Source: an uncultured Chloroflexia bacterium (lineage in GTDB: Bacteria > Chloroflexota > Limnocylindria > QHBO01). Taken from it: 64,000 bases of DNA. The stretch covers positions 128,001 through 192,000 of the forward strand of contig CAWFCQ010000003.1 of assembly GCA_963814375.1 (NCBI GenBank), in the 5' to 3' direction. The translations under genes and the position numbers were made by a program. The notes beneath the pieces were generated by a model. It was given only the letters and a program-made list of their open reading frames with translations, was not told the DNA's origin and did not search any database. Shown in pieces: positions 31,601-40,050 of this stretch; the first letter of the stretch is position 1, and the number at the start of each line of letters is the position of its first letter.

Positions 31601-33216
31601 GCGAGCGCGTCGCGCCGGTCGAGGCGGCGTGACGGCTCGTGCAGGTAGGCGTCGGCGGGATTCGGGGCGAGCCACACGGCACCGGCAGCCGCCCGTCGTG
31701 GCTCTCGGCCGGCGAGGGCGACAGGCGGCGCGGCGGCGCTCTCCGGCGCGAGCTGCATCGGCTGCTCGCGCGGCTCGAGGCTCAGCCGCAGCGCAAGCCA
31801 CGCCACGACCGCCAGCGCCACGGTGATCAGCAGCGCCAGCAGCCAGATGCCGCCGTCGGTCAGCAGCGTCGAGGTGAGCAGCTCGCTCTGCGGCATCGGC
31901 GCGCCGTTGACACCGGGGTTGATGATGCGCGGCCCGGCGAACGACCAGTCCTCGGTATAGACCCAATAGATGTTCGCGAAGAACGAGACCGACAGGGCGG
32001 CGTAGAGCCACGGCCACGCCCGTCCCGAGAAGACGAGCAGCGCCCCGAGCGCGAGCGCCGGGAAGAGGTAGCGCTCGTGGACCCGGGTCGGCAGCACGAA
32101 GAACGCGATCGCCAGCAGCAGCGAGGCGAGCACCACGCCACGCATGTCGTCGCGTCGGGCCACCAGCCATAGCGCGATCAGCGCTGCGCCGGCGAAGAGG
32201 ATCGTCCCGATCGTCTGCCAGGTGAGCGCCATCCCGCCGATGGCGAACGCGACCACGGTGTCATCGCCCCAGTGCAGCGTGTCGCCGAGGCCGCTCCACG
32301 GGTTGCGCCACATGTTGAAGGCGTTGATCGAGAGGCCGGTGTAGGTGGACGCCGCCTCGGCCAGCTTGCCGATCAGGCTCCGTGAGGGATCGGCCTGGGG
32401 CAGGATCCCCAGCAGGCCGTTGGGGTCGCCTCCGGCCAACGGTACGTACAGGGTCATCCCGAAGGGCAGCATCACGAGAGTCAGGGCGACGACGCCCGCG
32501 GCCAGTGAAGTGACCACCCGTAGCAGGTCCCGCCGCCCATCGTGCTCTGGATCCGATGAGCGCCCGGCCAGGTGCCGCTTCAGTCCGACCAGGACGACGA
32601 TCGGGATGAGGAAGGCGAACTGGAACTTCACGAGCATGGCGACCACCGCGCCGACCGCGGCCGCCTCGGTCCACCCTCGCCCGAGCGCATAGATCGTCAC
32701 CAGCAGGAGAAGGGTGCCGACCGAATCGATCTGGCCCCACACCGCCGAATCGAAGATCACGCCGGGGTTGAACAGGTACAACGTGGCGGCGGCCAGCCCG
32801 AGCGTCTCGGGGCGGATGTCGAACCTGGTGCGCGAGACGAGCTCGGATCCCCATCGGCGCCCGATGATGAAGAGCATCCACGCGACGCCGATGTCGGCGG
32901 CGATGCCGGGGATCTTGACAAGACCCGCGGTGGCGTCCTGGCCCACGACCGGCGCGAGCGCCGCACCGATCCCGCCCAGCAGCCACAGCACGTACAGGTA
33001 GCCGGGCGGATAGTCGCTGAAGTAGTCGTTGGCGTAGAAGTCGCCTGGCCCGACGCTTGCCAGGCGCTGTCCCCAGGCCGCAAAGTCGCCGATGTCGATC
33101 GCGAAGCCGCTCATCGGCATCAACACGCCCGCAATGAAGGCGCGCAGGACGAGGCCGAGGACGAGGATTGCCGTGAGGATCGTGCCGGCGTCGAGCCGCC
33201 GAAGAGTGTCTGTCAT
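28693..33216 (-). CDS. ~1500-aa fusion of an ALG6/8-like GT-C domain and a PMT (GT39) protein O-mannosyltransferase with a large extracytoplasmic insertion
   Basis: N-terminal DYPPGY, FNPGVIFDSAVWGQIDS, HERYLFP; C-terminal FDEVYH, HPMLAK, SRISMND, TKW, SPWWSWP, FAYHY; start 33216 or 33252. Confidence 0.85.
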   Translation of the reverse strand: MTDTLRRLDAGTILTAILVLGLVLRAFIAGVLMPMSGFAIDIGDFAAWGQRLASVGPGDFYANDYFSDYPPGYLYVLWLLGGIGAALAPVVGQDATAGLVKIPGIAADIGVAWMLFIIGRRWGSELVSRTRFDIRPETLGLAAATLYLFNPGVIFDSAVWGQIDSVGTLLLLVTIYALGRGWTEAAAVGAVVAMLVKFQFAFLIPIVVLVGLKRHLAGRSSDPEHDGRRDLLRVVTSLAAGVVALTLVMLPFGMTLYVPLAGGDPNGLLGILPQADPSRSLIGKLAEAASTYTGLSINAFNMWRNPWSGLGDTLHWGDDTVVAFAIGGMALTWQTIGTILFAGAALIALWLVARRDDMRGVVLASLLLAIAFFVLPTRVHERYLFPALALGALLVFSGRAWPWLYAALSVSFFANIYWVYTEDWSFAGPRIINPGVNGAPMPQSELLTSTLLTDGGIWLLALLITVALAVVAWLALRLSLEPREQPMQLAPESAAAPPVALAGREPRRAAAGAVWLAPNPADAYLHEPSRRLDRRDALALLALVVFALVFRLWRLDTPRSQHFDEVYHARSAAEFLANWNNDWTRDVYEWTHPMLAKYLIAGGIVAADPNRVVGSTELESASSALTVAPRRASVGHDRSIALLAAGGATITAMDADTGEEVASWSAGGPIASLAYDAEAYRLLVGRADSGTVETYELAGLLASPDGRAPPAGPSIESGLETVNQVLVPSEASDPILLRGTDGVAVIERATDEVLASAEGMYGGIGLVVGVEEEEPDWVVVSDPARNTVEYLDASTLEPRPEYEAEPVEAPLIGPILVRDRGDSQEVLALTGPLAATAEHPATIGGLAFLDADGSNGRCSGDPCTLGLVPLPGAPLLIAEQRVAGLTYIAGTTAAGVPETWTLEPHAETRGDGTIGLAAFDATELPGTPLSMAFDIATTSQDDDAGRLLVSTAAEDGAASLVAIDAGSNAFAWRLAGVLFGVALVALVYLLVATMFGRRRIAILAAAFVALDPMSYVMSRISMNDIFVATFIVAAYLLFWQIWSGRWARSAWWALPLTGVLIGLAASTKWVGFYALAGLLVLVLARSNLGRLFLVALVALATVVGGVGAPWPFLLVMVGLTALALTITWVRPIRLDRREVLTAIPASIAVFAGVGLAFVIAFDQVPDAREPNGAVELLFGLLARGAQVGWPVWIMIGVAGMLVAWRAWRSLRDPRSDARWYGPAEMGGFAWPWVGACLIVIPLVVYGLTYIPYLQLGHDWAIGGGPGYGWSIDELHAQMFGYHFNLTAGHDSASPWWSWPLALKPTWFYSGSFDNELLAVIYNGGNPVLFWAGIPALAACTVLAWKRRSPALVLVVAAFAFQFVPWIRIERATFAYHYLTAVIFAMIAVAYIVDELLRRPAWRDVALGYLALAVIVGIAIFPLGSALPMPDWYINAARALPPWNFGFQFPDPPTGSREELVSVGALKAAVGVMAAVAAGWFAISGRRWWERLREREPEVATGPMPEGG

Positions 33217-33357
33217 CCCCACGCCCCGCCGGCCGACGGGGTCGCGGGTCATCAGCGGCGGCGCCCCCGTGGAGCGCGCCGTGTCGTATCGCACGCCAAG
33301 GTGGCGGTGAGTATACATCGGCCCTCGGACGGCCCCGGCGCGCGCCGGGTTTCGTCC

Positions 33358-34905
33358 GTGGTGCCCTACACCGACAACGCGGTCGCCTTCGCCGCCGCGG
33401 TGGTGACCGTGGTCGCACTCGGCATCTACCTGCGCACGATGATGCCGTCGACCGGCTTCTGGGACACGGGCGAGGCCCAGACGGTGCCCGCGACTCTCTC
33501 GATCTTCCATCCGACCGGCTTCCCGCTGTACGCCATGGCCGGCTGGCTCTGGAGCCAGCTGCCGTTCGGGGAGGTCGCATGGCGCATGAACCTGCTGTCG
33601 GTGGTGTGCGTCGCCGCCGCCTCGGGCCTCGTCGCGCTCATCACCGGCCACCTCGTCACCGAGCGCGATCGTTGGCTGCGTGGCGCCGCCGCCGCCATCG
33701 CGGGCCTCTCGTTCGCCTTCGCGGCCGAGCCGTGGGAGAACGCCACCCGGGCCGACGTGCACGCCGTCAACGTGATGTTCGTCGCCCTCATCGTCTGGCT
33801 CCTCTTTGCATGGCGGGCGGCGGTGCGCGCCGGCTCAGCGCGAGCGGACCGCTGGCTCGTCGGAGCGGCGCTCGCATTCGGCCTCGGCGTCGCCGCCCAT
33901 CCCCTGGTCGGGCTGACGGCATTCGGGATCGCGGCATGGGTGCTCACGACCGATCGGCACATATGGCGGCGCTGGCGCCTCGTGGCGGCATGTGCCGGCG
34001 CCGTTGCGCTTGGGCTGGCGACCTACGGCTACATCTGGATCCGGGCCGTCATCGATCCGGCGCCCCCGCTGTTCTACGGGCATCCCGACACCTGGGAGCG
34101 GTTTCGCTACGTCGTCTTCGCCGAGCAGTTCCGCGAGCTGTTCGACGACTTCAGCTCGCCGTTTGCTCAGCTGGCGCCCAAGTGGAACGTCGCCGAGCGA
34201 GTCCTCGCGGCGCAGCTCGTCGGGCCTGGCTGGCTCGTCGCGGCGACGGGCGCGGCGGTGCTGGCCGCTCGACGCATCGAGGCATTCGCCTTCCTGGGCT
34301 TGATCGTGGTCGCGAGTGTGTTCTATGCCATGAACTTCCGCGACGGGGACATCGATCGCTACTACCTGCCCACCGTGGTCGTGGTCGCGCCCCTCATCGG
34401 CGTGGCCGTTGCGGCCGCCGCTGCTGCTGCGAGTCATGCCGTCGCCCGGCTGGCGGAACCCTCCATCAGGCTCGTCGCAACCGTGGCGACGGTGGCGGTG
34501 ATCGCGCTCGGCGCCCTCCTGCCGGGCGCATCGCTCGTCACCGGCTACGCGGCGCTCGACCGGAGCTGGAACCGAGAGGCCGATCGCTGGGTGGCATCGG
34601 TCCATGCAGAGCTGCCGCCCAACTCGGTCGTGATCAGCTGGTGGAGCTACAGCACGCCCCTCTGGTACCACCGCTGGGTGCTCGGCGAGCGGCCGGACGT
34701 CACGATCATCGACGAGCGCAACATCCTCGACGACGGGTACCGTACGATGCCCAACGCGATCCGCACCTTCTTCGGCGAGCGGCCCGTGTTCGTGGTCCCG
34801 CCGAGCTGGGAGTACGAGAGCATCACCAACCAGTGGCTGACCCGAACGGTCAGCACATATTCCGGCTACACCGATCTGCTGTTCATCGAAGGGCTTCGAC
34901 CGTGA
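33358..34905 (+). CDS. DUF2723 / TMEM260-like GT-C membrane glycosyltransferase
   Basis: YLRTMMPSTGFWDTGEAQ...IFHPTGFPLY and ATRADVH motifs; multi-TM; start approximate. Confidence 0.82.
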   Translation: MVPYTDNAVAFAAAVVTVVALGIYLRTMMPSTGFWDTGEAQTVPATLSIFHPTGFPLYAMAGWLWSQLPFGEVAWRMNLLSVVCVAAASGLVALITGHLVTERDRWLRGAAAAIAGLSFAFAAEPWENATRADVHAVNVMFVALIVWLLFAWRAAVRAGSARADRWLVGAALAFGLGVAAHPLVGLTAFGIAAWVLTTDRHIWRRWRLVAACAGAVALGLATYGYIWIRAVIDPAPPLFYGHPDTWERFRYVVFAEQFRELFDDFSSPFAQLAPKWNVAERVLAAQLVGPGWLVAATGAAVLAARRIEAFAFLGLIVVASVFYAMNFRDGDIDRYYLPTVVVVAPLIGVAVAAAAAAASHAVARLAEPSIRLVATVATVAVIALGALLPGASLVTGYAALDRSWNREADRWVASVHAELPPNSVVISWWSYSTPLWYHRWVLGERPDVTIIDERNILDDGYRTMPNAIRTFFGERPVFVVPPSWEYESITNQWLTRTVSTYSGYTDLLFIEGLRP

Positions 34906-35657
34906 CCGAATCCGATCGCCCGCGCCTCACGTTCTTCTTCCCCGCGTTCAACGAGGAGGAGAACGTTGAGGAGACGGTGCGCCGCGCCCTGGACGATGTG
35001 GGCTCGCTGGTGGATGGCTCGATCGAGGTCCTCGTTGTCGACGACGGATCGACCGATCGGACGCGCGAGCTCGGCGAGGCCATGGCGGCCGCGGATCCGC
35101 GCGTGCGGGTCTTCTCGCAGGAAAACCGCGGCTACGGGGGCGCGCTGAGGGCAGGGTTCGAGAACTCGACCGGCGAGCTGATCTCCTTCTCGGATGGCGA
35201 CCTCCAGTTCGACCTGCGCGAGATGTCCCGCCTGCTCGATCGGCTCGCCGACGATCGGCGCCCGGTCGATGTGGTCATCGGGTATCGGCGCAAGCGCCGC
35301 GATCCGCCGCACCGGATCTTCATCGCCAAGACCTACAACGCGATCGTCTCGGTGCTGTTCGGCCTGCGGGTGCGCGACATCGACTGCGCCATGAAGCTCT
35401 TCCGGCGCGAGGTCTTCGATGGCCTGCCGCTCACCACCGACTCACCGTTCCTCTCGGCGGAGCTGCTCATCAAGCTCAACGCGCGACGAGAGCGCATCGC
35501 CCAGGTAGGGGTCACCCACTATCCCCGCGCCGCGGGGACGAACACCGGCGCCTCGTTCCGCAAGATCGTGCGCACCTTCCGCGACATCGGGAAGCTGCGT
35601 CTCGCGCTATGGACCCGGCGCTCCGAGGTGCTCGGGACGCCACGCAAGCGAGGCTAG
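34902..35657 (+). CDS. GT2 polyprenol-phosphate sugar synthase (DPM1/Ppm1-like)
   Basis: PAFNEEEN, VVDDGSTD, NRGYGGAL, DGDLQFD and DIDCAMKLFRR motifs. Confidence 0.88.
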   Translation: MTESDRPRLTFFFPAFNEEENVEETVRRALDDVGSLVDGSIEVLVVDDGSTDRTRELGEAMAAADPRVRVFSQENRGYGGALRAGFENSTGELISFSDGDLQFDLREMSRLLDRLADDRRPVDVVIGYRRKRRDPPHRIFIAKTYNAIVSVLFGLRVRDIDCAMKLFRREVFDGLPLTTDSPFLSAELLIKLNARRERIAQVGVTHYPRAAGTNTGASFRKIVRTFRDIGKLRLALWTRRSEVLGTPRKRG

Positions 35658-36223
35658 GACTCCTCCGGATCCTGGCCGGAGGGGCCGGTCTCCCCGCTTC
35701 CGTATCCCGGCAGGTCGACGTCGAGCGAGTTGACGAACTCGCGGAAGACGGCGAGGCGTTCGTCGTCCTCGGCATCGCGTTCCTCGGTGCTGTCGGGCTC
35801 GACGCCGGCCTCGTCGAGCACGCGCTCATCGGCGTAGATCGGCGAGCCGGTGCGGACCGCGACGGCGATCGCATCGGAGGTGCGCGAGTCGATCTCGGTC
35901 TCGTCGCCGGTTGGGGTCTCGAGGTAGAGCCGCGCGTGGAAGGTGCCGTCGATGACGTGCGTGACGACCACTCGGCTGATGCTCGAGCCGAGCGCGGCGA
36001 GGGCGCTGACAAACAGATCGTGGGTCAGGGGGCGTTCGGCGCTGAGGCCCTGGAGCCGCATGGCGATGGCGTTGGCCTCGGACGGGCCGATCCAGATCGG
36101 CAGATAGCGATCCCGTTCGGACTCCTTGAGGATGACGACGTGCTGGCTGGAGAGCATGTGCACGCGCACGCTCTCGACCACCATCTCGATCAGCCGGACC
36201 CGGCCGAACGGCTGTTCCGCCAT
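35654..36223 (-). CDS. Bifunctional nuclease family protein (DUF151)
   Basis: LPIWIGPSEA, RPLTHDL and IDSRTSDAIAVA motifs. Confidence 0.92.
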   Translation of the reverse strand: MAEQPFGRVRLIEMVVESVRVHMLSSQHVVILKESERDRYLPIWIGPSEANAIAMRLQGLSAERPLTHDLFVSALAALGSSISRVVVTHVIDGTFHARLYLETPTGDETEIDSRTSDAIAVAVRTGSPIYADERVLDEAGVEPDSTEERDAEDDERLAVFREFVNSLDVDLPGYGSGETGPSGQDPEES

Positions 36224-36242
36224 GGCCCGATTCTAGCGATCG

Positions 36243-38468
36243 CTACTCGAGCACGACGCGCAGCACACCGTCCGCGGTGAGCAGGTACGCGACGGGCGGA
36301 CCGTCGGCGACCGAGGTCACGGCGAGGCCGCGCACGTCGTCCAGCGTTTGCGCCCCGGCCCCGGCGGCCGGCGCCAGCCACTGCCGCACGAAGGCGCCGT
36401 CGGCGCGCTGGAAGCCGATGAGCCGGCCGTTCGCGGCGTCGTAGACGTACAGGAACTCGCGATCGCCGACCGTGGCGCCATCGAGGAGCCGGTAGTCGAG
36501 AGCGGGTCGCACGGCGGCATCGGGAGGGCGGTCGAGGGAGTAGTCGGCCTGGTCTGCCGGCGTGCCGAAGTCGACCCGGCTGACGGTGTCGCGGTGCAGC
36601 AGCCAGGCGTTCACGTCGACGCGCAGGTCGCGCGCGAGGCTCGGATCGAGGTCGGGCGCCTCGTTGAGGAATGGCTCCGGTGGCTCCGGATAGGTGACCG
36701 GGATGACGGCCGGTGGCGACCAGCGCAGGACTTGCCCCGTAGCCGCATCGACAACATAGAGGTTGAAGATCTCGAGCGGCGGCCGGTGCTGAAGCGCGCC
36801 GATCAGCGTCGTCTCGGGGCTCAGCCCCTCGACCCCGTTCAGCTCCATCCGCCGTGGAACCCTCTCGGTGAGGTCGATGCGCCAGGCGACTCGCTGGCGG
36901 TCGATGACGACGACGTCCGTGGCGGCGGTCGCGATGAGCCACGGTTCGCCGGGGGTCGCGCCCGACTCGAGCTCCTGCCCGGCCCGGTAGATGATCGACA
37001 CCGATCCGTCCGCCGGGTCGACGCGCAGCACCCGTCCGCGCCCCGACTCGGTGATCCACAGCGAGCCGTCGCTGGCGGCCACCATCTCGGCCGGCTCGAT
37101 GTCGTCGTACGCCGCCGCGAGGTCCGCGACGACGATCGGCGCATCGAGCCGCGCGACGCGGTAGAGGGCGTCGAGGCGGCGGTCCACTCGCCCGCGCAGG
37201 CCGGCAAGCTGATCATCGGCGACGCCCACCCCGGCGGCGCGCTCGATCGCTGCGTGGGCCTCCGCCAGCAGCTCCGCGGCGTGCTCCGGGTCGCGGTCTA
37301 CGAGATCGGCGCCGTCGACGCGCTCCTCCACCCGCCCGACGAGGTCGACCGCCTCGGCGATCGCCTCACGGGCGGTCGTGGCCCGCGGGATCGCCTCGGT
37401 CGGCTGGACCGACGGCAGGGCCGCCACCGTCGCGCCAACGGCAACCAATCCGGCCACCACCACCATGCCCGCCAGCCCGAGGCGGCGCCGGCGCCCCTGC
37501 TCTCGTTCCGCCGTGCGCGGGATGCTGCGTGGATATTCGGGCCTTCGGCGTGGAACGAACGCCAGCAGCCAGGAGAGGAGGGTCAGCACGCCGCGCCCGA
37601 AGGCGGCCTTCGCCTCCTCCGCCGCATCGCCGGCATGGTGCAGTCCGCGGCCGATCGCATCGGCCAAAGGCACCGGGCTCTGGTCGGGCAGCCCGGCGAA
37701 CGGCTCCGCCGGATGGACGGGCTCGAGCTGGTGGACGGTGTCGGTCGGGGCGAGCTCGGCCACCTCGATGGCGAGCAGGCCGTCGGAGCCGGTGCCGCCC
37801 CGGATGGCGAACACCTGCTGGAGATGCTCGATCGCCTGGGATGGGCGCATCTCACCGAGGGACCGCTTCAGCTCGTCCACCCCCACCAGCTGGGCGAAGT
37901 GGCGGCTGACCAGGCCGATTCGGTCGCCACCCGCCAGCCCTCCCTCCCACGTGAACGGATCAACCTCGAGCGCCTCGCCCAGGGTCGCCGCGACGCGCCG
38001 CTGGCGCACGCGGGGGTCCTCCTCGACCACCGGGGGTGGTGGTGGGACCTCGTACATGCGGCCGTCGCGAACGACCACCGCGCTGGCCGGGCCGAGCTTG
38101 GCGACGTGGGCCTCCCGCCCGCGCACGACGACCGCGACGATGCTCACGCCGGATCGCTTCGGAATGCCGAGCCTGCGGCGCTGGTGATAGAGGCGCCGGT
38201 TGGCTCCCCGCAGCGCCTTGGCCAGGGCCACCAGGACGCCGGCCGAGAGGTCGTAGTAATAGTCGTGGCGCAGGGCGTCGAGCGCCTCGCGGGCGGCGGC
38301 GGCGAGCGCCGGGGACCCACCCGTCAGCTGCGCGACCAGGAAGAGGCTGCCCTTGGTGCGGGCCTGCGCCCCGACGGCCGGCTCATGAAACGCGATGACG
38401 TCGAAGGATCCCGGCGCCCGCTCGTCGGCGGACGGCACCCCGATCCTGGTCGCGAAGCGGTTGCTCAT
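36243..38468 (-). CDS. PP2C-like (degenerate) domain + TM + extracytoplasmic beta-propeller-like domain
   Basis: PP2C-like order GSLFLVA/VAKLGPAS/LGEAL/GDRIGLVS; TM LGLAGMVVVAGLVAVGA; DGSLWITE and LYVYDA blade-like segments. Confidence 0.65.
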   Translation of the reverse strand: MSNRFATRIGVPSADERAPGSFDVIAFHEPAVGAQARTKGSLFLVAQLTGGSPALAAAAREALDALRHDYYYDLSAGVLVALAKALRGANRRLYHQRRRLGIPKRSGVSIVAVVVRGREAHVAKLGPASAVVVRDGRMYEVPPPPPVVEEDPRVRQRRVAATLGEALEVDPFTWEGGLAGGDRIGLVSRHFAQLVGVDELKRSLGEMRPSQAIEHLQQVFAIRGGTGSDGLLAIEVAELAPTDTVHQLEPVHPAEPFAGLPDQSPVPLADAIGRGLHHAGDAAEEAKAAFGRGVLTLLSWLLAFVPRRRPEYPRSIPRTAEREQGRRRRLGLAGMVVVAGLVAVGATVAALPSVQPTEAIPRATTAREAIAEAVDLVGRVEERVDGADLVDRDPEHAAELLAEAHAAIERAAGVGVADDQLAGLRGRVDRRLDALYRVARLDAPIVVADLAAAYDDIEPAEMVAASDGSLWITESGRGRVLRVDPADGSVSIIYRAGQELESGATPGEPWLIATAATDVVVIDRQRVAWRIDLTERVPRRMELNGVEGLSPETTLIGALQHRPPLEIFNLYVVDAATGQVLRWSPPAVIPVTYPEPPEPFLNEAPDLDPSLARDLRVDVNAWLLHRDTVSRVDFGTPADQADYSLDRPPDAAVRPALDYRLLDGATVGDREFLYVYDAANGRLIGFQRADGAFVRQWLAPAAGAGAQTLDDVRGLAVTSVADGPPVAYLLTADGVLRVVLE

Positions 38469-38492
38469 GGACGCCCGGATTATAGGAATGCC

Positions 38493-38831
38493 CTAGGCCG
38501 ATCCTCGACCAACCGATACGGCCATTCGTCGAAGCTCGATGGTCGCCCCCGGCCGGCCGCGCATCCGCTCGTTGACCGCCCACACGAGCGCCTCCCCGCG
38601 GAGCGTGAGCTCCTGGGCCAGGATCGGGTCGGAAGCCTCGACGTGCGCCGTGCCCCCCGTGACGCGGGTGATCCGGCTCGTGAGGGGCGCTCGCTCCAGG
38701 CGCCCCTCGGTCGTCACCTCGGACCATGCGAGCCGCACCTGGGCGAGCGCCAGCTGCTCCGCCGCGGCGGGGCCCATGCACGATGTCAGCGCGCGCTGCA
38801 CCGCGGCACCGGCCTCTTCGCGCCGGCTCAA
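38493..38831 (-). CDS. dciA: DciA / DUF721 family protein
   Basis: Overlaps the recF stop; W..V...GTAHVEASDPILAQEL pattern. Confidence 0.75.
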   Translation of the reverse strand: MSRREEAGAAVQRALTSCMGPAAAEQLALAQVRLAWSEVTTEGRLERAPLTSRITRVTGGTAHVEASDPILAQELTLRGEALVWAVNERMRGRPGATIELRRMAVSVGRGSA

Positions 38832-39997
38832 GACTCACGCTCCAGCCGGCCGTCGGCGATGCGCCAGATCGCCGCCAAGCGGTGGCGCGCGGTCTCGAGG
38901 GTGGCGGGGTCGGCGGTCGTCACGATCACCTGGCCGCGGCCGGTCAGCAGCTCCGACAGGCGTCCAGCGCGGGCGGGGTCGAGCTCGCTGAAGACGTCGT
39001 CGAGCAGAACGATCGGCCGCGGGCCGTCGCTGGCCAGGAGGTCGGTCTCGGCGAGCTTCATGGCGAGGATGATGGTGCGCTGCTGACCGCGGCTGGCGTG
39101 GGCGGCAACCTCGCGCCCTCCGAGCTCGGCGCGCAGGTCGTCTCGCTGCGGACCGACGAGGCTCATCCCGTTCCACGCCTCGCGCTGGCGCACCTCGGCG
39201 ATCCTGCGCCGATACGCCGCAGCCAGCTCGTCGTCGCTCGGCACCCGTCCTGCCGCCTCCGCGCGCTCCGGCCACGCCTCCTTGAGCCCGTCGAGGTAGG
39301 TGAGATGCACCGATGCAGCCTGCTCCTCCGGCCCGGCGACGGCGTCGTGCAGGGGAGCGATGCGCTCACCGAGGTCGCGCACGACCTCCAGGCGAGCCCG
39401 CATGACCCGGGCCCCGACGACCGCGAGCTGCTCGTCCCAGAAGGCGAGGGCGTCGAGCTCCGCCTCCTCGGCCCGAATCGCGCGCAGGAGCGCGTTGCGC
39501 TGGGCCAGGACGCGGGCGACCTCGACCAGGTCGCGCGTCGCGCGTCGGTCGCGCTGGGCAAGGATCCCGTCCAGGAATCGGCGCCGATCCGATGGCGACC
39601 CCACCAGGAGCAGCATCTCCTCCGGGCGGAAGAGGACGGTCCGGGCCGTCTCCGACACGGTCGCGCTCCGCCGCGGGACGCCGTTGATCGAGAGGCGCTT
39701 GCGCACGCCCGGAGAGGGGACGACGCCCGGCAGCACCAGCTCGATCGTCGCTCCCCCGTCGGACACGCCGCCGGCCAGCTCGAGCTCGACCCGGCTGAGC
39801 CCGGCGCCGTGGCGCACCAGCTCGACATCGGTGGTCGCTCGATGCGACCTGCCCGTGATCGCCACTCCAATGGCCTCGAGCAGGTTCGTCTTGCCGGCGC
39901 CGTTCGGCGCTGCGACGACGGTCAGCCCTGGCTCGGGCATGAGCTCGGCCGCGGCGTAGCTGCGGAAGTCGGTGAGGGCGAGCCGCGTCAGCTCCAT
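38828..39997 (-). CDS. recF: DNA replication and repair protein RecF
   Basis: FRSY, PNGAGKTNLLEAI, GPQRDDL, ASRGQQR and LLDDVFSELD motifs. Confidence 0.96.
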   Translation of the reverse strand: MELTRLALTDFRSYAAAELMPEPGLTVVAAPNGAGKTNLLEAIGVAITGRSHRATTDVELVRHGAGLSRVELELAGGVSDGGATIELVLPGVVPSPGVRKRLSINGVPRRSATVSETARTVLFRPEEMLLLVGSPSDRRRFLDGILAQRDRRATRDLVEVARVLAQRNALLRAIRAEEAELDALAFWDEQLAVVGARVMRARLEVVRDLGERIAPLHDAVAGPEEQAASVHLTYLDGLKEAWPERAEAAGRVPSDDELAAAYRRRIAEVRQREAWNGMSLVGPQRDDLRAELGGREVAAHASRGQQRTIILAMKLAETDLLASDGPRPIVLLDDVFSELDPARAGRLSELLTGRGQVIVTTADPATLETARHRLAAIWRIADGRLERES

Positions 39998-40050
39998 CGG
40001 GTGCCGGCTCGCGACGGGCCGCGGCGCCGCACGCGCGAGCGCCACCGGGC

